From Macrostomum hystrix (Eukaryota > Animalia > Platyhelminthes), in NCBI GenBank assembly GCA_950097015.1, contig CATNEN010000026.1, positions 1,054,001 through 1,118,000 of the forward strand: a stretch of 64,000 bases of DNA, read 5' to 3'. The notes below the pieces were generated by a model that was not told the DNA's origin, searched no databases, and saw only the letters and a program-made list of their open reading frames with translations. The position numbers and the translations under genes are program-made. Of this stretch, positions 11,690-21,355 are shown piece by piece. The first letter of the stretch is position 1. Each line of letters begins with the position of its first letter.

Positions 11690-12337
11690 ATGGAGTCAGA
11701 AAGAGTGTACTATGATGTCCGCCTGCGACAGGGCAGCTGCATGATGGTCTGCGGACCCACCAATGCTGGAAAGACAACCTTCGTGAAGCATCTAATACAG
11801 TACAGGGATGTATTATTCGACATCCAGCCTGGGAGAGTGCTCTGGTACTATGGAATCGCACAGCCAGCGCATGCTGAGTTGAGCAGTCTTGGTGTGCAAT
11901 TGTATCAGGGATTACCCACTAACTTTGAGAGCTCATTGATGAGCAATGATCTGGTCATTTTTGATGACATGATTGATGAAACTTCTAACTCTGCCTCAAT
12001 GCGAAATATTTTCACTGGACTCGCCCATCACCTGCCATGCTTTCTTGTAATGCTCACTCAGAATATGTTTTTCAAGGGCAAGGAGTTGCGGACCATGAGC
12101 TTGAACGCGATGTACTATGTGATCCTAAAAAACCCCAGAGACCAGCTGCAGATCGCTGCATTGGGCAGGCAGTGCTTTCCATAGAAGCCTGGCTTCCTGC
12201 TTGAGGTCTTCAAGCATGTCACAGCGCAGGGCAGGGGGAGCTACCTGTTTCTGGACTTTCACCCTTGCACTCCCGATGAGCTGCGAGTGCGAGCCAGAAT
12301 TTTGCCCAATCAGAGGCCACATCTGGTTTATGCTTAA
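11690..12337 (+). pseudogene. ATP: A32/FtsK-like packaging ATPase with in-frame TAG at 12182-12184
   Basis: Walker A GPTNAGKT, Walker B LVIFDD, HH motif. Reading through the stop gives SYLFLDFHP...LRVR to TAA 12337. Confidence 0.92.
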
Positions 12338-12380
12338 GAATATAGGTTGAAAAATGCTATTAGCCTGAATTATTGCAACT

Positions 12381-12704
12381 ATGGAAGTGTTCGAAGCTCA
12401 TCAAAGTTTATTTGAAGTCCTTGCCTCACACAAATATACAATTAGCCTCAAGCGCGCAATAATACAGCTGAGTCCGAAAGAAGCTTGCACTTTTCTTGTC
12501 GAGGCCTGCCACAACCTATTGGAAGAGAATTTGCCATTTTCTCTTGTTGAAAAGACAGCGCTATTGAAATCTAAAAATATAATCCGCAAGATTGCCCGGC
12601 AAAGAAAACAGAGTGACTTACTCAAAGCTTCTTTTATCAGAATCCTCCCCACTCTGCTGAAACTTGTGAAAAAGAAGAGGAAAAGAGATGCACAAATTCA
12701 ATGA
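12381..12704 (+). CDS. Small conserved Polinton protein (basic, amphipathic C-terminus)
   Basis: Pattern EACHNLL..NLP......LLKSKNIIRKIA resembles the small protein commonly found downstream of the Polinton ATPase (recalled pattern, not searched). Confidence 0.6.
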   Translation: MEVFEAHQSLFEVLASHKYTISLKRAIIQLSPKEACTFLVEACHNLLEENLPFSLVEKTALLKSKNIIRKIARQRKQSDLLKASFIRILPTLLKLVKKKRKRDAQIQ

Positions 12705-13365
12705 GATGGTTCTGATCTCAAGGTCCGAGTATGAAATGCTGAGGAGGAGTGCCAAGCCCATTGAGTCTGTGAGTGACACGGCCATAAAGCAGGCACAGAT
12801 GAAATGCGATGATATCCTGTTGGCCCAAGACTGCCCAGATGATATGAAGACAGCCCTGTACCAGAGTGCAATGCAAAGCTTGCTGGCAAAGCGAAAGCAG
12901 ACAGGAAAGGAAGCTGCATCAGAAGAGAAGAAAGCGAAGTTGATGAAGGCTGAGATGCCTCAAAGAAGCTGGGAGGAAAAGATCTACCAGTCAGTGCCAC
13001 AGAAGCTCAAACCGAGGGCTCGGAGTCTATGGGCCATCCTATCTGACAGCCAGTCTGCTATCCGGGTGTCCGATAATGGAGAGGTGAACATTTCTGGGAA
13101 CTCGATTCCTAACTCAAACATTGTCGATTTGATTCTGCACACAGTGAAGGACTCAAAAAGTTCTGGTCAGCCTGTTGGATGGCCCGCTTTCAGTGACTTG
13201 CTTCGCCAAAAAAATCTCAATGTGCCTATGTCAGCTGTTGGAAAATCTGTACATCAAGAAATTTTTGATACAATTGAAGATGCACAGCCTTCACTCAAAG
13301 GATTGGGCAACAGGTCTGCATGGCTGAGGTTGAACAGGGGGAGAAAACAGTATTTAAGAAAGTAA
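12688..13365 (+). CDS. Conserved Polinton protein of unknown function (possibly PZ-class)
   Basis: MVLIS..EY, DDIL...PDDMK.ALY and GEV.I.G..IPNSNIVDLI...P.GW..F...L..NVP motifs, recalled from Polinton ORFs. The label is uncertain. Confidence 0.65.
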   Translation: MHKFNEMVLISRSEYEMLRRSAKPIESVSDTAIKQAQMKCDDILLAQDCPDDMKTALYQSAMQSLLAKRKQTGKEAASEEKKAKLMKAEMPQRSWEEKIYQSVPQKLKPRARSLWAILSDSQSAIRVSDNGEVNISGNSIPNSNIVDLILHTVKDSKSSGQPVGWPAFSDLLRQKNLNVPMSAVGKSVHQEIFDTIEDAQPSLKGLGNRSAWLRLNRGRKQYLRK

Positions 13366-13406
13366 CGATCATCGAATTATGCCGGTTTCGAGGCACTCGC
13401 TTGAGC

Positions 13407-14258
13407 ATGAACTACATAGACATTCAGGGCTTCCCGTGCGATGGAGAGAAGGATGACTTCATCGTGAAGGAGTTGGCGATCCTTGAAGTCAGGAAAGGAA
13501 GCTATCACCTTTCACACCACGTGTACGCTCCACCGTATGATTGGCAGAGAGTTTCACCTGACATGCGAATGTACTACAAACAGCTTTCGAAAAATCTACA
13601 TAAATTCAAGTGGACCGATGGAACCCGGCCATATTTGCAATTAGCTGACGACATTGTGAGCATTGGTAGCGGCGTCAACTGGACAAGCGGAGAGAAAAAA
13701 TCGATTTTTCTAACTGAGTTGTTGGGCAGACTGGTCTACAACTTAGACGATTTGGTCTCACATTCTAACAAAGACTCTGATACCGCATGTGCAGTGAGCA
13801 ACTCATTGCTGTACTACAGCTGGCTGAAACCAACAGCTTGCATCAACTTAAGAAGCGACAAGTGCTCATGGCATAGAAGCTCAAGCAATTGCAGTAGCAG
13901 CAGCAGCCAGACTTGCAATCAGAATGATGATCAAAGGCGCTGCAACCTTGAGAATCACCAACCTGGTTGGTGGAGTGGATCTGAGACTGACTGGAGGCAG
14001 AGGCGCCCAGCTTCCTCTAAGGGAGCTGGCTCTCAGCATGGCTCATGTGATCTACCGACCCGTGTGGCCCAGAGTGCTCATCAAGCAGATGCGGAATCCC
14101 AGAGTTACCCTACTGCTCTACCCTACTGGGCAACTGAGCATCTGTGGCGCAAAGAGCTACGCCGACTCGGTCAGGGCTGCCCGGCGCTTCGTCGCTATGC
14201 TGCATCGCCGAGTGCCGGCTCAGCTGCTGCCTCGTCAAGCTTTCGGTGTGAGGATTAA
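13407..14258 (+). CDS. DEDD/RNase H-fold exonuclease-like protein (domain ~13407-13830; tail overlaps the TBP gene)
   Basis: YIDIQGF...FIVKELA...YAPP...HKFKWTDG...VYNLDDL...CAVSN...W, a family recalled from invertebrate Polintons. Nuclease function is inferred. Confidence 0.6.
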   Translation: MNYIDIQGFPCDGEKDDFIVKELAILEVRKGSYHLSHHVYAPPYDWQRVSPDMRMYYKQLSKNLHKFKWTDGTRPYLQLADDIVSIGSGVNWTSGEKKSIFLTELLGRLVYNLDDLVSHSNKDSDTACAVSNSLLYYSWLKPTACINLRSDKCSWHRSSSNCSSSSSQTCNQNDDQRRCNLENHQPGWWSGSETDWRQRRPASSKGAGSQHGSCDLPTRVAQSAHQADAESQSYPTALPYWATEHLWRKELRRLGQGCPALRRYAASPSAGSAAASSSFRCED

Positions 14259-14499
14259 GACTATCACTGCGCATGGAAAACTTGCAATTCAAAATGTGCT
14301 AAATCTAACAAGTTTGTCACATCTGCTACCAAATGCTGAATATGAACCCGAATCATTTTCTGCTTTAATTTTCAAATTACGATTTTGCAAGTGTCTGCTT
14401 TTTCACAGTGGGTCATTTGTTCTAAGCGGTGCTCGATCTTTGAATCAGCTACGAACCGACAGCATCCGTCTGCGCGAATTAGTTTTTTCTCTATTGTAA
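13924..14499 (+). CDS. Divergent TATA-binding-protein-like protein, 191 aa, intact
   Basis: Two TBP repeats: ITNLV..VDL...YRPVWPRV...NPRVTLLLYPTGQLSICGAKS...AARRF and AEYEPESFSALIFK...LLFHSGSFVLSGA. Confidence 0.9.
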   Translation: MMIKGAATLRITNLVGGVDLRLTGGRGAQLPLRELALSMAHVIYRPVWPRVLIKQMRNPRVTLLLYPTGQLSICGAKSYADSVRAARRFVAMLHRRVPAQLLPRQAFGVRIKTITAHGKLAIQNVLNLTSLSHLLPNAEYEPESFSALIFKLRFCKCLLFHSGSFVLSGARSLNQLRTDSIRLRELVFSLL

Positions 14500-15179
14500 A
14501 ATATAATCGGAAAATAATTTATCACGCACTTTGTTTGTCACCATACGGTTGACAAAAACAACGTTAACTGGAGCTCAAACTTCTTCAAGATGTATTTATT
14601 ACATTTATTATCCTCAACAAGTTGAATATGAAACAAAAAGATTGAAAACCCAACCGTAATGTAACCGAACATGAAATTAATAAAAAAACATTATAATACA
14701 CAATTAAAGAAGCAAATGACGCTGAAAATGCGAAACCCCGGATGCAAACATTAAGCGCATACTAAAAAAAAAAACTGTCTATGACAACGCAGATAAAAAA
14801 GCAACTAATTTGCATCCTTATCGAGATGAGGAAGGATGATCACTAAGTTGATTTTACTTTAACGAGAGAATTAAAATTGTTACAGAGAAACGAGATTTTA
14901 ATTAAAAAAAGTAAAAATTAAAAAATAAGTTCAATTTATTTGTATCACGCGTTCTTCAAATGGAAACATTTGAAACAATTACTATTCAGATGCAACGCTG
15001 GCATGAATGAAAAAAGTAGTATTAGTAGTCTCCGAAACAAGATCCAACATACTGAGCATGCTAGCAAATCTGAGCATTCCAGAAACAGAAAACTGTTTAA
15101 AATTTAAAAGTAAAAACGACAATTTAAAAAAGCAACAATTGTCCACGACAACTTCTAGCCGTCACTACTTTTTATGAAG

Positions 15180-18100
15180 TTAACCAAACCTGATGCGCTT
15201 CTGCTGGCCATGGAAATCCTGGGTCAGAGCATAGTGGCCATAGGGAAGACTTCGATTGCTGCTCAGCCATACTCGCTTGTCTTCCCAAACTGAGAGGCTT
15301 CGCTTCTCCAATACTGATGTGTAAACGCTGTGCTTCTTTGAGACAATTGTGGTCATGGCAACCGTCTGCTCCTGTTTCGAATTGAGCGCGGCAGCGTAGT
15401 CAGCATGAGTGATTTGAAGTTTCACAACAGATTGTTTCACGCCCTTGGCAGTTTTTTTGGCTTTCGCAGTTGAACTCTCAGCGGGAAGAAATGAATACAG
15501 CTTTGGCCGCAGCAGGACCCATTCTTGGTAGGTACCACCGCAGGATTCATCTTTGACGCAGCCAAGCTTGCCTTTCAGTTCCTCGGAGTAGTGCGGATGG
15601 TCTCGGGGATAGTTCGACGAATCAAGGATATTTTCCTCTCTGAGCTTCGGGATCACATGCGATGTGAGCTCGTGATTTCTGAAGGCGAGAAAAAACGAGT
15701 CCGTGTCGCCACCGCATACCATCATGTCCTTGGAGCCGTCTGGTTCACAGAAAAGCGGCCGGAGCTTATCATACAGCAGGCTGTACATGCACATCTTCGA
15801 CAAGTCGAGCACTGCCTGGCCGACGAAAATGGCCTTGTCAAGCTTTACTTTGTCTTTCCTGAACTGAAAGATGGATAGATTTTCATTTACAATAAAAACT
15901 CCGGTGCAATTTGTTCGAGAGGAATAAGTTTCAACTTGAGTAGCGCTTGTGCAGATGCGCACATCACACCGCTTGCGCACGTTCTCCATCGTCTTTCCGA
16001 ACAAAGAATTGTTCTTTAGTTTGTAGAAATCCTTGCTAAAATCGGATGTTGCAAGTGCCCTCTTGCTATTATTGCTTGCAATGTACGAAGCAAAGATTTT
16101 CTTCTGGTTGAATTCAATCATCTTGAGAATTGACTTGATCTTCATTCCGTGCTGCAGGTAGAAGCGCAAGATGGTGCTGTGGACAATATAGCCATCCTTG
16201 TCCGAACAGGTCAGCAGAAGTTTCTCTGTTGCAGAGAACTTAAAATCGACATTGCCTGAGCGCTGCTCCGCGATTTGCTTCCACAATTCCAGCATAAACG
16301 GTGAAAACTGGTCAACCTGCGGCTTAGATTTCTCTGGCGCAAAAGGTAATTCCTCTGTCACATCATGAATATCGGCTGGATATTCAAGGTCAACCTGCAC
16401 GAGATAGGCTACTTCAGCTTCAGGATCGAGAGATATGAACTTTTTGGCGTCCCAAGACTGCAGTTCCTTTTCTGTCACCCACCTGAATCCGCTGCATGAG
16501 ACTCACGCAGTCCTGCTGCTCATCATAGTCAGGCAAACTTTGGTTGTTTGCTTTAACATGGTGCACATTAACGAAAGACATGCCACCTCTAATGCCTTGT
16601 TCGAATAAATGGTACATGTCAGGGTCTGTTAGCTGTTCGAGCACAACACCAGTTGATTTGAGAGCAGAGTCGTAAGACAGACCAGGTGTAGTTAGATAGT
16701 GCACTGGATCGAGCCCATATTCAGATAGACTGGCGTGACGAAATGCCTCAAAAATGTCTGCTAACTGGCGCACATCCATTTCCAGGTAGGCTAGCATGTA
16801 GTCTCGCAGACTACGACATTCGAATGCGGCCCATGCTGCCTTTGCTCGATGGTATTCCTCATCAGAAATCGCACAGTCGGTAAGACGGTTGAAAAATGCA
16901 TTTTTCGGTGGCAGACTAGTCTGTTCAAGAATGTTGAACTCGGTCAGGAAATCATACGGAAAGACTCCCTTTTGGCGAATAATGTCTTTTGAAAGCAGAG
17001 GCCTAGACTCTAGCAGCTGCAGAGTCAGTTTACAGTCGTTCTCTGAAAGATTGGAAAACAAATTTGCCAAACTTCCCTTTAGAAAGCAAAGAGAATCGAT
17101 GAACTGAATGGTAAACATTAGTGGCAGTGTCTTCCCGTTTTTTGTGTAGGTGCCAACAGGAAACTCCACCCGAAGTGATAGATAGCGCTCCGAAGTCTGT
17201 GGGACAACATTGAGTTTCCAATTTGGCATGCTACCAAGTGCGGTAGAAAGAAGAAGATGCAAATCGTAACCGCCCAAATTGTGAAAAATGACAGGCAAAA
17301 ACCTGCGACGAAGCTGAGCCCGCATGTTGCACTCCTGGCACGCGGCTCCTTTGAACTGCCCCGTCAGGTGATCATGGTCAAAATGTTTGTCAGCGGAACT
17401 GCTGAACTCAGATTGACAGTAGTGGCATGATGTGGCGTCATTGAAATCTTTCATGTCCGTTAGAGAAGATTTATCCGCTGCTTGGTGACTGTGCACCCGG
17501 TTCCACTGAAAGATTTCCCTGGAAAGCTTTTCAAGGGAACTGAGAAAAGCAAGGATGCACTCCTTGGGATCAGCATTGCAAAATGATTGGTACATGTCTG
17601 CTTTAGGACGAAGTTCAGGCCCCTTCATGTACGCTCTGGAAACCACTAAGTAGGCTGCTGCACATGGCTCATGTTGAGCGATCAGATCGGCAGAGTCTGG
17701 TTTTTGTTTCAAAATGGCTTCCAGGTCGGCATAGGTCACAAATGGTGGACTGATTGTCTTCTGAAATTCCTTGAACTTGATTTCGTTTGCTCCAGGAACA
17801 GGAAGGACTTCCTTGATGGGATTTTCAGAAGCGATTTGGCATTCTCTGCTGTGCTCTAGAAGTCTCTCGCTGCAGTAGAATGAGGTCAAGCATCTGGTGC
17901 ACCACTTTCTCATGGCAAGGCCGGCGCGGCTGTTCATCAGCCTGTCAAAGTTTTTAATTGCACACCAGTGCTCTAATCCATAGCTGCCGCTGACCAACAG
18001 AAGCATTAGATGAGTTCGACCTCCTGGCTCATGCTTGAGACGACGGAGCAAGCTCACGTTACCTCGCTGCCATAGAAATGCAGAAATGCAAATTCCTGGA

Positions 18101-18816
18101 TTGCTAGACTCAACGAGATCAATGTCAGCGACACTGACGGGCATGGAGATTCCAGCGAAGTCAAGCTCGTTCAACCATTCATCGTAAGACGACAGTCTGC
18201 CAGGCGATTTTTTTATCTTTGGATCGGCACTGTGCAATGCGGCAAGACAGGCGTACATGAAGCAGTCGTTGCCGGTACTTGGCGGATTGACGACAGCTTT
18301 CTTGTTTTTCAGACTGGCTGGGAGGTTAAATCTGGATGTTCTACCCTGGCGGAATCGAATCGGATTGTACCTAGCTAGATGTATATCCAGGAAGTTTATC
18401 TGAGTTAGTGTCCAACCACTACCATTCGTGTTCAACATGCTGCAAATCCTTTCCAACTCTTGCTCCTGTGCAACCAGCCAATCATGCAGATATTGATAGG
18501 TGGCAGTGGCATCCACACTCTTGTCAATGGTCTGCAGTTTGCAGCTGACCCACTTGTCTTCTTCTGTTAGAATCTGTCCATCCTTTATTCGCGCCATACG
18601 GATATTCGACCTTGGCTGAACTTTATAATGGTGAATACCGATTCTTCGCTGCACTTCATCAATGACTATGCTTCCAGCCTGGACAAAAAACTCGGATGGC
18701 AGAGTGCCTGCATTATCTGGCCTCAGTCTTAATATTTCTAGCGATTCATTGAATGCTTGGGAAACTGTGCTGAGATGAACTGCCTGACCTAGAAACGGGA
18801 GTTGCAAAAAAAACAT
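15180..18816 (-). pseudogene. POLB: Protein-primed DNA polymerase B, with a frameshifting deletion that removes motif A (~16490)
   Basis: Exo I/II/III motifs (YADLEA, FHNLGGYD, YLEMDV), EndoVII-like HFDHDHLTG..AACQECN, motif B KLKNNSLFGK, motif C GGDTDS. DxNNLYG is missing at the junction of the two ORFs. Confidence 0.95.
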
Positions 18817-18906
18817 CAGTTTTTTTCTCCCTTCACCTTGTCAATTTCTAAAACAAAACGGTAACTACCTACAGTAATCACACATTAAGTTTTAATATCC
18901 CTTTGC

Positions 18907-19215
18907 TCAAGCTAACTGCACTTTGCGAAACTTAAAATATTTTACCAACTTATTAATTTCCGGCTTACCATCATTTTCACCTTGCTCCGAGTGACCAGTG
19001 ACCGAGCTTCTAGCGCCGCTGCTTCCTGGACTGCCACCATTCAAACTGAAACCGCTGGAGCCATTGCCATGGCCGCTGCTTGACTCAAAATCTGACAGAC
19101 TTCCTTCCAATGATTCCGACAGATTTGTGCACGAAGACTCAGAAAGGTCCTCCTCCGACTCGGAATAGTCAGATTCATCTGACTCGGACAAGTGTGATAG
19201 AGTAAAACTTAGCAC
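18907..19215 (-). CDS. Ser/Asp/Glu-rich low-complexity ORF, possibly a 5' exon of PolB
   Basis: Open acidic frame upstream of PolB with a GTAAGC donor at 18968 and a TTTTAG acceptor at 18848. Confidence 0.3.
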   Translation of the reverse strand: MLSFTLSHLSESDESDYSESEEDLSESSCTNLSESLEGSLSDFESSSGHGNGSSGFSLNGGSPGSSGARSSVTGHSEQGENDGKPEINKLVKYFKFRKVQLA

Positions 19216-19709
19216 AAAGAAGAAGCAAGTATGCTTTGTTATTTATTTTTCCAAAGATGTAAGCTTAATTGGATCGTTTATTTTAACAAGTTGCATTAAT
19301 ACAGAACGAGCAATCATAGCCAGAAAACCAATTCAGTAACGCATGCATAACGAGCAGGATGTTTTTAAGCCATACTGAAAGTCAGGGGAAAATGCAACTG
19401 AAGATAAAGCAGTACAGTTATAGAGCAGAATTAGCTGACAATTCGGTTGCACATTCCTTCACCAGTCATGATCTAACCACATCTAACCTTTATATTGACA
19501 TATTTTGTCATGCCCCCTCTCTTCATCTTTTCTAAAAGCCTTTTTGAAATTCAAAAATTTTAAAAAGCTTTAAAACGCATTTTCTTTCATTCTTCGCAGT
19601 CTACGCTGGCGCAGGCTCAGGTGTGAAAGATTGACATTGAGAAACAGATTGCGCAAGTGGCGCGAGATCAAGTTTAAAGTCGAAATAAAGACAAAAAATG
19701 GCATTCAAT

Positions 19710-20582
19710 TTAGACTGGTGTGACAGTAATTTTGTTGCCATCAAGCACAACAACGTAGCCAGCCCCGGTTACGTATGGTAGCAGCAGATTTACAGTAAGA
19801 GCACTTGAAATCGCATTACCACCGTTGATAATGTTGTCTTCTGGAATGCTGACTGTCGGCACTTCTATTTCCGCTAGCAGTTCGGCCAGCTCGTCCCGTG
19901 CAACCGAGCCAGCTTCAGCGGTGGAGACGGCTGGAACCGCAGCCAAAGCAGCTGGAGCATCAGGAGTCAAGGCTTCGGCGAGCGGAGTGGCAATAGCATT
20001 GCCGACAGACTCAATGTCCATATCGCTGCCTTCTTCTTCGATCATTGGACTGTCAGGCTGAACTAACATCTGCTTTCCTCTGATTGCCGGCACGCGAGCA
20101 GTGACTGCTGCAGCAGCTCCAGTCACCACGTCAAGGTCTCCGCTGGTGCTAGGGCCGTCCCTGTCAGGTGGACGCTGACTCGTCGTCATGGCGGGCGCAA
20201 CGAAGTCCTCCCCAGAGCTAACACTCTCACTTCTGGGTGCCCTTGGTCTAATAATGCCATTGATCACCTGACTCAGTACATTGGACCGTTGCTTAGCAGC
20301 GACCACCTCAGTAGCCTGTTGCTTTGCCGCAGCCATAACTAATCGGCGGAAAGAGCGCGCTGCTTCTTCGTTGCCAGGCAGCAGCTGATGCCCGCGGTGC
20401 CGATTGATCTTGGAGTTTTTTGAGCATTTGCCAAGTCCACGGAAAGGAGCTATTTCGGAGCACTGCCAGCAGACTGTCCATCTTGAAAGATTGGTGCATC
20501 TTGAATGCCGGTCGGCCTGCAGTCCTCCTTGCTTGCACTTCTTGCAGTCAGTGCACACCTCATAGTGCCAAGTGGATGCCAT
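19710..20582 (-). CDS. Accessory protein: Cys/His-rich N-terminus plus disordered acidic region
   Basis: 290-aa ORF from ATG 20582 with CxxCxxC, CxxC and HxxH (HRGH). It is the first gene inside the right end. Confidence 0.6.
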   Translation of the reverse strand: MASTWHYEVCTDCKKCKQGGLQADRHSRCTNLSRWTVCWQCSEIAPFRGLGKCSKNSKINRHRGHQLLPGNEEAARSFRRLVMAAAKQQATEVVAAKQRSNVLSQVINGIIRPRAPRSESVSSGEDFVAPAMTTSQRPPDRDGPSTSGDLDVVTGAAAAVTARVPAIRGKQMLVQPDSPMIEEEGSDMDIESVGNAIATPLAEALTPDAPAALAAVPAVSTAEAGSVARDELAELLAEIEVPTVSIPEDNIINGGNAISSALTVNLLLPYVTGAGYVVVLDGNKITVTPV

Positions 20583-21187
20583 TATATTTATTTTCAAAAA
20601 TTAATTTTTGCTTGTTAAACTAGACTAATAAATCGCAGCAGAAGCGTTGGATTTGGGTGCTTATGTACCCAGACCACTGCCCTGGTTTGCAATACAGACC
20701 CATTTCCCATGCAGCATTTTGATCAACGATCAGCGTTATCTATTCCCGGCTTCCATATTATTGAGCGGTCAGTGTGAGCATGGGGTTTGTGGATTTTATG
20801 ACTGTCTCGCGCAGACCTCGACCTCTAATTCAGTTTACAACTTAATTGGGGCGCACAAGCAGGTAGGCAACCACGGCTGAACCTAGCAACAGCTCCTTAA
20901 CTTGGAGGTGTGGGCTTATTGTTCAGTTTCCTTTTCACAAATAGCAGGCCTTGTTTTCAATTAGGCTAAATAGATCCAACCTTATGCAGAAGCGTAGCAA
21001 ATGCTATTTGTTAAGAATTCGCGAACAAATGCATAATAGAGATTAGTAAAAACTTTGCAGCACTATTTCCAATAGCTTTTGTGAGCATATTCTACCCACT
21101 CTGTTCACTTTTTCTCTGAATACGACCCATATATTCCCAGTGACAATAAGTTATGTTAGTCTGCCTCCCTTCACTCTTTAATATCTC

Positions 21188-21305
21188 TGCAAGTGCGGCA
21201 GTGTCATAGGCACAGCAATGGGCTCCTGCACTTTCTGTGCAAGTGCGGCAGTGTCATAGGCACAGCAATGGGCTCCTGCACTTTCTGTGCAAGTGCGGCA
21301 GTGTC
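21188..21305. repeat. Subterminal 50 bp tandem repeat (~2.4 copies) related to the TIR 124 bp unit
   Basis: tgcaagtgcggcagtgtcataggcacagcaatgggctcctgcac at 21188, 21238 and (partial) 21288. Confidence 0.9.
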
Positions 21306-21355
21306 GTAACATCCCATACATCTGATTATGATTCGGTAAGCCTTAACCATTTAGC

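Noticed and set aside
7656-12184. In-frame TAA (integrase) and TAG (ATPase) as programmed readthrough or an alternative genetic code
   Set aside because: Two different stop codons; TAA/TAG end neighbouring genes normally; other clear lesions show decay.
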